Assembly (NCBI RefSeq): GCF_006345805.1
Contig: NC_042997.1
Coordinates: 82,894,001 to 82,958,000 of the forward strand
Direction of reading: 5' to 3'
Source: Octopus sinensis
Lineage: Eukaryota
Length of the DNA stretch: 64,000 bases
Shown: positions 26,178 to 38,799 of the stretch, in pieces
Layout of the letters: each line of letters starts with the position of its first letter
How positions within the stretch are numbered: the first letter of the stretch is position 1
Made by a program: the position numbers and the translations under genes
Notes under the pieces: generated by a model
The model's input: the letters and a program-made list of their open reading frames with translations, nothing else
The model's database searches: none
What the model was told of the DNA's origin: nothing

Positions 26178-27099
26178 GTACATATTTATATGTATGTACA
26201 TTCACATATAACACTCGCTAGCGCACACATATGTACTCGCATACACTCATACAAACACATGCATATAGCCACTCGCACACCTACGTGAAGGTGGTATCAG
26301 TACGTACTACTAGATCCGAAAAGGAGGGACAAAGAGAAGAGGTAGGCGAGAAGGCGAAGATGGAGGTGAAAAAAGATACAGGGAAATAATTCCATAGTAA
26401 CCAATGGGAAGAGAGTAGGTTGGATGACATCAGCGACGATCATCACGATAGTGTTGATGATTGTGTTAGTAATGTAGACAATCACGACGATGATGATGAT
26501 AATAACGATGGTGATGATGATGATGATAATGTTGACGATATCGGTGTTGTTTCTATGTTGTTTGTTGATTTGTGTACTGGCAGACGTCAGATAATCTGAT
26601 ATAATACCTTGCGATATTTGCTCTGACTTTCGGTGTTCTTAGTTCAAATCCTTTCGAAGTCAACATACATAGACAACAGACAGTCTTCTACTAAGAGAGT
26701 AAAAAGAAAACTTTGTCCAAGCCTTCGCATGCAGATCCATGATCGATCCTGACCGACGGAGGTCCTTAAACTGTTTACACATTTTTGATAATAACTACGT
26801 GTCGTAAACTGGTCACCTCAAAAGTAACAGGAAGAGACGCTTGTCAGAGGGGTGATAACAGTAGTTTCAACAAAAACCTAATATTTCCCAAACAATAGAA
26901 ATAATGAAATAAAAAAATATGAAATATACAGAGCTTCAAGCTCAAACATTACGGTTATACACGTACAACAGAAGTTACAAAAATCGTATTGTAAATATTA
27001 ATTTGAATAAAAAAGAAACAACACTTCGGACAGTAACAACATCACTACTACCAGCAACAACATTCCGTTATTTATACTAACGTCGTATATCAAAAGGAG

Positions 27100-30000
27100 T
27101 GACTTAAATTGACTCAAAATAGAGCACAGAAGCCATCGCATTTTTAATCTATCGAGAAAGCGGCAATTTTTTTTTTATAAAACTGTGGTATGTCACTTAC
27201 CCAGAAAGAGGAGCTGGCGGACGTTCTGGCCGATACGTGGAAGACTATTTTCTCCCTCAGCTTAAGAAAAAGCATGTGAAAGTATGAACCGGGTATTTTA
27301 AGACCAAGTAAGACGCGAAAAGACAAGTAGTTTGTACGTTACACAGGCTTGTCTTTCAGTACTGAGGTCTCAGAAAAACTAGGACTGCCGCCAGAGATAT
27401 GACACAAACGTTGACCATTGGCTTGTTGTCAATTTTGTGTAACAGTACGGAGATAATGGTGATCAAAGACGTAAACTACAAAAACCTCCTTGTGGAGGCG
27501 AAAAAGAAACAAAGACAAAAAAAGCGTTGCTTCAGGTTCGAGAGGTGGCAGAGTGGCCTTCAAACAAACACACGTCTACACCACTACTACCGCCACCACC
27601 ATCATCAAAATCCCTACCATCGTCATGAAGACACCGATAAATAAACTTCTAATAAGAACATCAAAAATGGGTCTACTTGGAACCGAGCAAAAACAAAAAT
27701 CTAAAGTAACGAAGAGGTTTCAAAAATGAGGACAGTGGTGAACGGCTTCTCAGCAGATCGGAATTCTTTGAAAGGCATTTCCCAAAAAACTTTTTAGGTT
27801 TTTCGTAACTAACATAGGCTGTACTTAGAGTAGGTTGTATAAATGTAGATAGTCTGGACATAGGTCAGCCATCAGCAAGACAGATTTTACAGACGCACGC
27901 ACTAGCGCCCATCTTTGACGACTGCGAACTGCACGTATTTTGTAGTCAGCCAAGACCAGATCACGGAGTAGCAGTGTTGTTACCACAAAGAGATGATCTT
28001 CCTAAACCCGGATAGTAAGTTGGTGGTATTGAAGCAGTAGCGGTAATGCAACGCAAATGAGCGGCTGCCTATACCAGATCAGAATAAGGAGATTAAATTT
28101 TTTCAGGTGTCAGAAGCGTTCTTGGAAACATCCCACTCTTAAATACTAGCGAAAGACTGCAATGCCATCTTGGACGCACGCTAATAGTATTTGGGAGAAT
28201 CGTATAAAAAATGGATTGTAGAAGCCCTGCAAACCTTTTGATAGATGTTCAAACTGTACGACTATAGGTTGACTAGATTTCCAAATACACTAGTATGAAC
28301 AAGGAATCACAACATCGGGTCCTCCAGGCCGTGTCTAAGAGAGATCATTTGTTATATCAGTGAGTAGAGGAAGTGTACGATGTTCACACTTTCTGCCGAT
28401 CAGACGCACAGACCAAATATGCACAGTCTGATGAGAGTCGTCGGAGTAGAATAGATAGTATTTAATAAATAAATAGCAAGAAAGAAGAGATCAGAATAGT
28501 TACTGAGAAAACTAGGTGAGGCAATTAAGAGAAGCACCGCAGTAGACATGATTACATCGAAAAAGGGGTTCTAACATTTCTTCAACGCAAACGCAAGCAT
28601 TACATTGTTAGAGCAAAGGCAATGTTCTGAGATTCTGAGATACAAAGTAAAAGAAGCCATTCTTAAGATCGAGATGATAGGAACGAGACGTGGGAAGAAA
28701 GTCACAGTTCAATTTTTGACAGAGTGGGTGGAGCACGTACTACATTATTCTTTTCAGCGGCATTTTCCCAACGGATCGAGTAGGGTGTCAGCCAGAGACG
28801 ATCGTGAACTTCAGTGCCTAATTTGATGACCTACCGTAGCTCTCCACGGAAGGGGTATGGGGCTATGAAATACCAATAGCAACAGTAGAGATACTGTAAG
28901 TAGGAAACGTTTGTGCAAGTGGAAAATAATCTAGTTTGAATAATCTGCTCTCTACATATGCCAGAGTTGGTGGCTGATGTCTTGATAGACATCTGACGGA
29001 GCTGAATTCTCAGTATTGTGAGTTGGCGGGTGGTGAGACTACCGAAGAAAGTTGAAAACAAAGAGGACGTTATTGAAAAAACTCTTCGAAATGCGGAGAT
29101 TAAGATTTTCTCAAAGGCGCTAGCCCTTTGATGGTGTTTTGACTAGTTTGGATCAATCGAAATATTTCTATAGAGTCGATCGTAGTTGCTCGGTGGTTAA
29201 GAGCACGTTTTCAAGACTGGATCGTTTCAGTAAATAAAGACATCTACTCGTTGGTCAGACTAAACAACCACAGTATGTCCAGAGCCATTACGGCGGAAGC
29301 TAGATGTGTTTAATGAAACCCGTTGTTACTGGGACGCCAGAGAACTGAGCGTGCATATAAGGCCGACGTCACTATAAGAGTGTCTGGCAGAACGGAAATC
29401 GAGGTCTCGTCACCGTTCTAAAGGAATATAAAGCGGTTTCAGGAATAAAGGTTAACCAGAAGCTTGGTAACTGGAGAAAAAAGTCCATATCACCGGCCAG
29501 CTGTCGTAGAGTGTTATCTCAACGGATCATTTAAGTTTCTTGTCTGTTTTGCTCCGGTTCACCAAGTGTATAAGAGGTGGGATGAGGTTGTAAGCCGGGC
29601 GGCTAGTCTCACCAAGAAATGGTGAGACTATTTCCCGTCTGGTCAATTTGGAGCATTTGCACCTTTTGCTCTTTGAAGAAGGGAGTATTTTATTGGTCAG
29701 GCGCTTTTGCTACATACAACATCAGCTGTGCAGTGGTCACGAAATGTCGTGTCTGATGATGTACAGATACGCAAGGTAGTCGTGACATCGCAAACATCCC
29801 TTGGCACTGAGCAATGATGTCACCATCTGTCAGGCACATTTCTCTTACAGTTCGTCTTCTTCGCAGAACTGCAGTTCTGGATCAAGTAAAGATCGAGACT
29901 GGGGGTGAGGGCTGGCATCAGACATATTTTCAGGTGCTCATAGAGCTTTATAAGCCTGGCAGTGCGTTAGGTTTTTATAGGGGCCTAGTAGTGGAGTAAA

Positions 30001-30150
30001 ATGTAACATTGGGGAAACATTGAGTGACAAGATCAATTGGTTGGTTCGAGAAGACTTTTGGCCCAGAGACTATGGACCATTTCCAAAAATCTTTGTCCTG
30101 GTAGCACTGCCTGGGGATGGGCTTTACTGGTTCGCGATAAACGGTAAAAA
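27100..30150 (+). mobile_element. Decayed L1/Tx1-clade LINE (ORF1 knuckle remnant plus ORF2)
   Basis: RCFR knuckle remnant near 27525; endonuclease VGCINV 27830-27847, GVAVLL 27965-27982, DCNAILD 28155-28175; RT LRNAEIKIFSKALA 29084-29125, LDQSKYFYRVD 29148-29180, AYKADVTI 29353-29376, YKAVSGIKVN from 29427. Boundaries approximate. Confidence 0.7.
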
Positions 30151-30559
30151 AAAATCATGCTAAGAAAAATACAAAAACTAAGATGTTGAATGATTTTTTT
30201 TTTCTGTCAGACGCAACGAATGTATACAGGCGCATTTAGAGTGACAATTGGACAGAGGGAGTGAGGGACGAAGAGTGAGAAAAACAGAGAGAGTGAGAAA
30301 GAGAGAAGAGAGAGATAGAAAGAGAGAAAGAGAAAGAGAGAGGGTGAGAGAGAGAGAAAGAGGGAGGTTGGGCTTTGTGACCCAGCATAGATAGTTTCTT
30401 TGTGAAATTTAAAGATATTGCGTCAAATATTTTATGTAACTTTTTTATTTCTCACCTCGTTCTTCTGTAACTTTGGTTTGTCTATTCCCACACATTATGT
30501 TACACCTACATATACATTTCACTGCATATACGAATAGAGCTCAATGGAAAAATAATAAT

Positions 30560-30810
30560 AAATAATAATACTTCCTACTAAAGGCAATAGGCCTGAAATT
30601 TTGGTGGAGGGAGTTAGTCGATTAGATCGACTCCAGTACTCTACTGGCCCTTATTTAATTGACCCAGAAGAAGGTCTGCATTTGAACTAAGACCTAAGAT
30701 CGTACAGACGGTTACATCGATCCCAGTGTGGATCTGGTACTTATTTAATCGACTTCAAAAGGATAAAAAATAAAGCTGACCTCGATGGCATTTGAACTCA
30801 GAACGTGAAT
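30560..30810 (-). mobile_element. Two decayed SINE family C copies
   Basis: Reverse-strand aggcctgaaattttgg...agtcgatt and gacctcgatggcatttgaactcagaacg. Confidence 0.65.
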
Positions 30811-30909
30811 GTGTGTGCGTGTGTGTATATATAAATCTATATGTGTGTGTGCTTATATATATATCCATACATACATATATACATATACATATACATATAT
30901 ATATTATAT

Positions 30910-30960
<51 letters not shown>

Positions 30961-31024
30961 AGGTGGTGCTATTAAGTTAGACATGGCCTGGCCAATAATG
31001 GCCGAAACCTATCAAAGTATCAAA

Positions 31025-31068
<44 letters not shown>

Positions 31069-31315
31069 GTATGTATGTTTATATATATGTATGTATGCAT
31101 GTATGTATGTATGTATGTATGTATATATATACATATATATATAGTTCAAATTTACAGAAAAACAAAAGACGAAGACAGGTGTATAAAGAACAAGCAGGTG
31201 TATTAGTGTGACGATCGGGAATATGAGCAAGTATTTTACGTTTCGAGCCTACGTTCTTCAGCAGAAAAGAACACGGGAGAGAGAGAGAGAGAGAGAGGGA
31301 GAGAAAGAGAGAGAA

Positions 31316-31355
<40 letters not shown>

Positions 31356-31445
31356 AAAAATTTTAAAAATACTTGTGGATTTAGCGGTCAATCATGGTAG
31401 TAAATTAAATACGGCAGTAAATTAAATTTTGGTGTAAATAGTTAT

Positions 31446-31914
31446 TTATCTATGTACTCTGTTAAAGTTTAAGTCTTGGTTTGTACTTTTATATGAAAGT
31501 ATTTTTTTGTTTATCCATGCTTCATCTGTGTTCACTGAACATAGGTAGAATGGGAAGATCTGGAATTTGGGAGACTTATTTTTTGCACATATGTCTATAT
31601 GACCACTCAGTCGAATCTGTCTAGTACTGGGGTCTCGCATTTGTTGTCGGTGAATGTTTAGTCTATTTCTTAGAGTAAGCTTTGTTTGACCTATGTAATC
31701 TTCATTACATCCTTGACATTTGATAGCGTATATTAAATTCCTTGAAGAACATGTAAAATGATTTTTTTCCAGTAAAAGTCTGTCTTGATTTGATTTTGTA
31801 TGTTGTGTCTTCAATAAGGTTGCTGCAGGCCCCACAATTGAGGCGGTCACATTTTTTGACTGTTGGTGTAGGAATTGTGGAAGGTAATTTCAATTTGAAC
31901 ATTTTGAAAATCAC
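31446..31914 (-). pseudogene. Penelope-like element GIY-YIG endonuclease fragment
   Basis: KKCDRLNCGAC linker cysteines, then FTCSSRNLIYAIKCQGCNEDYIGQTKLTLRNRLNIHRQQ...GHIDIC (GIY-YIG with Cys/His zinc ligands); one frameshift between the two track ORFs. Confidence 0.85.
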
Positions 31915-32086
31915 TGTTAACTGTGAAACCGGTTAATGCTTCGAATATATTAATAAAAAATATTTTAGCTATTTTCAGTTTAATTTCAACTCCTAATCTT
32001 CTATATTTCTACCCGTGTGGAATAAAATAATTTTTTCTGCAACACACACACAACACACACACGTATGTATATATATATTTATATAT

Positions 32087-32128
<42 letters not shown>

Positions 32129-32493
32129 TATATATATATAATATATATATATATATTATATATTTATATACATATACATATATATATCTATGCATATATA
32201 TACATACATACGTACATACATACACACACACACATATAATATATATATATATATATATATAAATTTGTTTATGGGAAACGTTTTGAATATGCAAATAAAG
32301 CCCCTATTCCATTATGCCGTCTACCATGTAATGATGTTGACGATGAGCCAGGTTTTCGGGGTTTCATCAAATTGTACGCATATAATGTAGGATAAATACA
32401 ATAATAATAATAATAATAATAATAATGATGATGATAATAATAATAATAATAATAATAATAATAGCAACAATAAGAATAATCCTTGGATGGAAT

Positions 32494-32608
32494 TGTGTGT
32501 GTGTAATAATTACCATAATCTTTGAGTGGAATTTATAAACATTTAATACGATGCATTAAATGTTTATAAATTCCATTCAAAGATTATGATAATTATTACA
32601 TACACACA
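32494..32608. repeat. About 54-bp-arm palindrome with 7-nt loop
   Basis: Arms 32494-32547 and 32555-32608; three non-Watson-Crick positions (two G.T, one C.A). Confidence 0.9.
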
Positions 32609-32619
32609 CACACTCACAC

Positions 32620-32652
<33 letters not shown>

Positions 32653-32974
32653 TGCGTGTGGTTTTGTGTTTCCCCAGTCTCTGTTGGACAACCGAGTAGG
32701 TTTGTTTACGTGCCCATAACTTAGCGGTTCGGCAAAAAAGAGACTGATAGAATAAGTACCAGGTTTAAAAGAATAAGTACTGAGACCGATTTGTTCGACT
32801 AAACTCTTGTGTCAACAAGCTTCAGAATTCATGATTACATGTCAAAAAAATCATCAGTAGATCTTGTGTCAATAAATCGAAGTTAGTGTTTGTGTCAATC
32901 AAAGAAATGACCAATAAGCTTCGAGTCTTATTAATAATCTCTAGATCTGGTATAAAATATTATTATTAGCTAAT

Positions 32975-33348
32975 CGCAGGCGTGGTCGTGTGGTAAGGAG
33001 CTTGCTACCCAACCATATGGCTCCGGGTTCAGTCTCACTGCGTGGAACCTTGTCTTGTGTCTTCTACTATAGCTTCGGGTCGATCAAAGCCTCGTGAGTG
33101 GATTTGGTAGGCGGAAACTGAAAGAAGATCGTCGTGTGTGTGTTGTGTGTTATATATATATATCTATATAATATATATATAATATATATACACACACATA
33201 TATCTATCTATCTATCTATCTATTATCTATCTATTATCTATCTATCGATCTATCTAGATATATATATATATATCTATATATATATATATAGATAATATAT
33301 TATATAATATGATATATATATATATATAGTATATATATATATAGATAT

Positions 33349-33400
<52 letters not shown>

Positions 33401-33634
33401 TAAATATATATATATATTTCTGTGTCTTGGTGTCTGTGTTTGTCCTCGCCTCCACACTTAACAACCGTTGTGTCTACGTCCCTGAAACTTAGCGGTTCGG
33501 CAAAATATACCGATAGAATAATTACCAATCTTAAAAAGAAAACAAAAAAAAAATATTGGGATTGATTCATTCGGCTGAAAATTCTTCGAGGCGTTGCCCC
33601 AGCATGACCGCAGTCTGACTGAAACAAGTAAAAG
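32975..33634 (+). mobile_element. SINE family A with about 290-bp expanded internal microsatellite
   Basis: Head 32975-33133, microsatellite to about 33420, tail ending gactgaaacaagtaaaag. A separate 3' fragment lies at about 32660-32785. Confidence 0.85.
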
Positions 33635-33649
33635 ATAAAACTTAAAAAT

Positions 33650-33846
33650 AAGGCGAACAGACAAAAATGTTATCGAGTTGGACAAAATTCTTAGCGACTC
33701 TTTACTTTCTGAGTTCAAATTCCGCCGAAGATGACTTTGCATTTCATCCTTTTCGGATCGATAAAACTGTACCAGTTGCGCACTGGATTCAATGTAATCA
33801 ACAAACCTCACTTCTCTGAAGTAGCTGGTCTTGTGCCGAAATTAGA
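33650..33846 (+). mobile_element. SINE family C
   Basis: aaggcgaacagacaaaaatgtt head; ttctgagttcaaattccgccgaag core. Confidence 0.75.
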
Positions 33847-34108
33847 AAGAATTATAAGTTTATATATTTCGAGATTATTTTCCAGACTCTTCTTATAGAA
33901 TGATAACGAATAACCAAATAGAAGAGAAAAATAAGAAAGAATAAAAAGAAGAAACTCGAAGAAAACATAACAAGAGAATGAATGATGAAGAAAATTTAAA
34001 ACAAGAATGAATAAGAATTGAAAATGATGAAGATACTATGAATAACTTATCTATGAAGATAAAATCAAACGAGGAATTAAACAAGGAAAATGCAATAGCT
34101 GCATTTCT

Positions 34109-34109
34109 T

Positions 34110-34160
<51 letters not shown>

Positions 34161-34206
34161 AAAAGACGAAGAAGTGGGAGGAGGAGGAGGAGGTGGAGAA
34201 GATTGA

Positions 34207-34238
<32 letters not shown>

Positions 34239-34295
34239 AGAAGAAGAAGAAGAAGAAGAAGAAGAAGAAGAAGAAGAAGAAGAAGAAGAAGAAGC
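34109..34295. repeat. Compound trinucleotide microsatellite (GTA)n(GGA)n(GAA)n
   Basis: Direct reading; explains the polyV/polyR/polyF/polyS ORFs. Confidence 0.95.
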
Positions 34296-35274
34296 GTGGA
34301 TGATAATGCTGAAGATGATTAGAAATATTATGAAGAATGAGGAAGATAAGAAGAATGAAAACAAACGGCAGAAGACCGAGAACAAGAAGAAAGAAACAAA
34401 CAAATAAAAATAATAAAAAGAAGTCGTCTGAGGAAAAGGACGGGAAGAAGAAGAAAGATGCAGAGGAGAAAAGAAAAGAGAAAATGAAAGAAAAGTTGAA
34501 AGGGTGGAAGGGATAGTTGATGAGAAAACAATCGGAAAAAGAAGATAAGAAGTGATAGGAAGTAGACACCACTAACACCGCCAAAACAGAACTATTGAAT
34601 TATTCCTTACCAGCACTTACACACAAATATTGTTTTTCGGAAAACTACATATGGAAAGACATTCTGTGAAGTATAGAAAATATCCCTCCTCAGCAATTGT
34701 TATCACACTAGAGTTTTACTGCAGCAGCAGATGAGGATATTCATGGCTTCCGTCGTACGATAAAAACAAGTGCCAACCGGCATTATTATTAACTTCGTCT
34801 ATTTTCTTTCTTCATTACTTCATCTGTGACAACTAATTCTTCTTGAACTTGGACATGAAGCTGAACATTTGGTCAAAGCTCTCCTGCTTCATTGTAATAC
34901 TTGCATTAAATTTGCACTTAATTGAAGGATATAAGGTAAAAGAAATATATACTTTACATGCAATTTAAAAAAAACAAAAAAACTTTATCTGCTACTTTTA
35001 TTTACGCTTGCTTCTTTGTTATTGTCATTTGTTTTTGTTTTCATTGTCAACACATACTTGTCAGACACTCCCGCGCGCGCACACCAAACAAACCTGTCAA
35101 TTAGCACTCCCTCTCTCTCTCTTGTCCCTCTCACTTTGACTCACGATAATGAGTCAAAGGGAGAGGGACGGAAACAAACGCATTGTCAAATATACGTCGA
35201 GAAGTTTGTCATCCGAACATCCAGGTACATACATACATACATATATACATACATACATACATACGATATATATG

Positions 35275-35358
<84 letters not shown>

Positions 35359-35390
35359 TATATATATAATTATATATTATATAGTATATA

Positions 35391-35434
<44 letters not shown>

Positions 35435-35493
35435 TATATATATATACATTTATATATATATCTATGCATATCTTATATGTATATGTATATGCA

Positions 35494-35531
<38 letters not shown>

Positions 35532-35888
35532 TTATATGTACGTATATATATGTATGCGTTCATATGTACATTATGATTATAAAAATATTTGTCTTTATGT
35601 ATCTATATATATTGTATATATAATGGCATCTATCTATCTTATTATCTATCTATCTATTTATCTATCTATCTACCTACATCTCTCCCTCTCTCCCCCCTCT
35701 CTCTCTCTCTATATATATAATATGTATATACGTATATGCATATATATATGCGATATGCATATATATATAAATATATACATATATATATATATGTACGTTC
35801 ATATACTATATGCGAAGCATTCAAGTGTAGTAATGCTCTTAATATAAATATGTATGTATATATATATACATACTATATAGTATATATG

Positions 35889-35972
<84 letters not shown>

Positions 35973-36434
35973 GTATATCTATATATACATACGATAGGTA
36001 TATATAAGTACATGTGTATGTTAGCACACACACAACATACGCATAACACGCACATACATTCACATACACATGTTTTTCCTAATTTGTCAGTTGCATCAAG
36101 TTTTGTCTAATGAGGGTTTTCAACCGTAGTGAAAAGTCTCATTAGGTGAGATTCGAAGTAATAGTCAACGTTCAAAAAATGAATATTTCACTTCCGTGTC
36201 GAGAACAGTATCAATATGACATTTTTATCTAGCAATTATATTAATATGTATATATACTTCACTCATACACACATATATATATATATATTTATATACACAC
36301 ACACATGCAGATTTATGCATATGTAAATTTATATTTACGTATATATAGAGAGAGTCAGGGTTTTGACTGCTATTTCGGCATGGTGGTGTCTCTCAGACAC
36401 CCTTATTTTTAGTATATGTATATATATATATATA

Positions 36435-36638
36435 TTTCTTTATTGCCCACAGGAGGCTAAACATAGAGGGGAGAAACAAGGACAAATAAATGGATTAAGT
36501 CGATTACTTATTTAATCGACCCCGAGAGGATGAAAGGCAAAGTCGACCTCGGCGGAATTTGAACTCAGAACGTAACGGCAGACGAAATACCGCTAAGCAT
36601 TTCGCTCGGCGTGCTAACGATTCCGCTAGATCGCCGTC
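36435..36638 (-). mobile_element. SINE family C
   Basis: Reverse complement of the 1070-1302 copy with an internal deletion. Confidence 0.85.
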
Positions 36639-36766
36639 ATATATATATATATATTCCTGAGCGCCATACTAGTACATTTGTTTGTACTCCACCTGCCTTC
36701 GTCTTTTTTTATTTTCGTAACCTTCCCGTTATATTATGTTGTATGTATGTATATGCATATATATAT

Positions 36767-36802
<36 letters not shown>

Positions 36803-36837
36803 ATATAATATATATATATAATATATATATATACACA

Positions 36838-36880
<43 letters not shown>

Positions 36881-36939
36881 AATATATATATATATATACA
36901 TGTATGTTTATGCATATATATATACTATATGCATATGTA

Positions 36940-36986
<47 letters not shown>

Positions 36987-37188
36987 CACGCCATATTTAT
37001 GTTTATATATAATAACGAGAAAGATAGACGGCATGAAAGGCATTGTTAATGTGTCTACGTCCCTGAAACTTAGCGGTTACACACCCTGGTTAGTGGTCCG
37101 AAGATCTTTTTCTGCTCACCAAGCATTGTCACACACTGTTGACTTTTGGGGGCGACTAAAAGAACGGAATCTCAATTCTCTCTAACGC

Positions 37189-37610
37189 TACCGGGAGCGC
37201 TACATCATTTGTGTTATGTGGAAAATATTGCATCAATATTGTACAAATGATGTTGGCATCAATTTTAAAATCCATTCAAGACTTGGCCCCCGTGCTGTTA
37301 ACCCATTACAAATATCGAACTCAGTACACATAGCAACATTACGTCACAATAACTTCATCTCAACTGGTCCAGCCCTCTTTAATGCCATACCATAGTACGT
37401 CAAAATGGAAACGGTTCCCATAAAATTCAAATGTTCACTGGACAAATTTCTTCAAAAATCCCGAGCCAAACGCCTATACCCACACATGTTTCCAACAATA
37501 ATAACTCTTTGCTAAAGTGGGCTATGGTGCCCCATATATGGCTAAAAGACTTCATCAGGTGGTGCTATTGAGTTAGACATCGCCTGGGCCTATATTGGCC
37601 GAAACATATT
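37189..37610 (+). mobile_element. 3' end of a CR1/L2-group LINE
   Basis: YRERYIICVMWKI (37189-37227), RLGPRA (37279-37296), TGPALFNAIP, LDKFLQK; the tail caggtggtgctatt...ggccgaaac also occurs at about 30960-31010. Confidence 0.7.
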
Positions 37611-37692
37611 GTTTATGTATATGCATATATAAGTGTGTGCGTGTGTGTGCGTATATGTATATGTGTGTATATATGGATATATATATATAGAT

Positions 37693-37746
<54 letters not shown>

Positions 37747-37748
<2 letters not shown>

Positions 37749-37786
37749 TCTTGAAAAGTCACATTGTGACGGAAACCGGTTTGAAT
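37747..37786 (+). ncRNA. Hammerhead-like motif, U3-A8 core, two extra nucleotides
   Basis: ATTC-TTGAAAA-GTCAC-ATT-GTGAC-G-GAAA-CCGG-TTT-GAAT. Confidence 0.45.
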
Positions 37787-37948
37787 TAATATATATATAT
37801 TTTATCAATTTTTCAAAATTTTCCATACACCCATTTTCATTAAAATTTTCTTTCAATTTAGGATTCTGCCTTTTTATAATTTTTCCTTGCCTATCATTTC
37901 TCCACGTGCGGTCAACACAACCCCACCATTTATTGATTTATATATATC

Positions 37949-37983
<35 letters not shown>

Positions 37984-38070
37984 TATATATATACATACAT
38001 GTAAACTTATATACAAGTATATGCAAGTATGTGTGTATGTGTGTGTTTGTTTATGTATATGTATATACAA

Positions 38071-38103
<33 letters not shown>

Positions 38104-38214
38104 CATACATGTAAACGTACATACATATGTAGGGTATATATATAAATACATGCATACATACACACACACATATACGTTGGTGTATAAATATATGTACATG
38201 TATGTACATATATA

Positions 38215-38431
38215 CAAGGTGATTCAAAAGTCTCCATGTATCAACAACAGCAGGTACCACCAGACATGCTATTACGAGCTCACAAAGAGTGGGATAAACG
38301 CATTGCAACGTGTATTCAAAACAATGGTAACCATATAGAGCCTGTTAAATAAAACTAAAATCTGTTCTTATAAACACTTTCTTATGAAAAAATAAATTGT
38401 CCCTATTTATGGCGACTTTTGAATCACCTTG
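38215..38431 (+). mobile_element. 217-bp non-autonomous Tc1/mariner-family deletion derivative (MITE-like)
   Basis: 23-bp TIR caaggtgattcaaaagtc(t/g)ccat at 38215 and 38409-38431; TA on the left; interior encodes PPDMLLRAHKEWDKRIATCIQNNGNHIE, a typical Tc1/mariner transposase C-terminus. Confidence 0.8.
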
Positions 38432-38799
38432 TGTATGTAATGTATAAATATATATATGTATTATTTTATTTATAAAGTGGCGACTATGGGGCCGATTAAT
38501 ATATGTGCATGCATACATGCATGTATGTATGTATGTATGTATGTATGTATGTATGTATGTATGTATGTATGTATGTATAAAGTATATTTATAGTGTATAT
38601 ATATAAGAATATAGTATATAGTATGTATATATATATAGAGAGAGAGAGAGAGGGAGGGAGAAAGAGAGAGAGAGTATGTATTTCTGTATTGTGTGTATAT
38701 TTATATGTATATATGCGTATATATGTATACATATACGTATATGCACGTATGTACACTGCACACACACACACACACACGCATACGCGCATACCATGAATG

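Noticed and set aside
31225-31265. Minus-strand CTGAAGA-ACGTAGGCTC-GAAA-CGT just downstream of the Penelope endonuclease
   Set aside because: Probably a PLE LTR hammerhead relic, but helix II and helix I do not pair in this copy.
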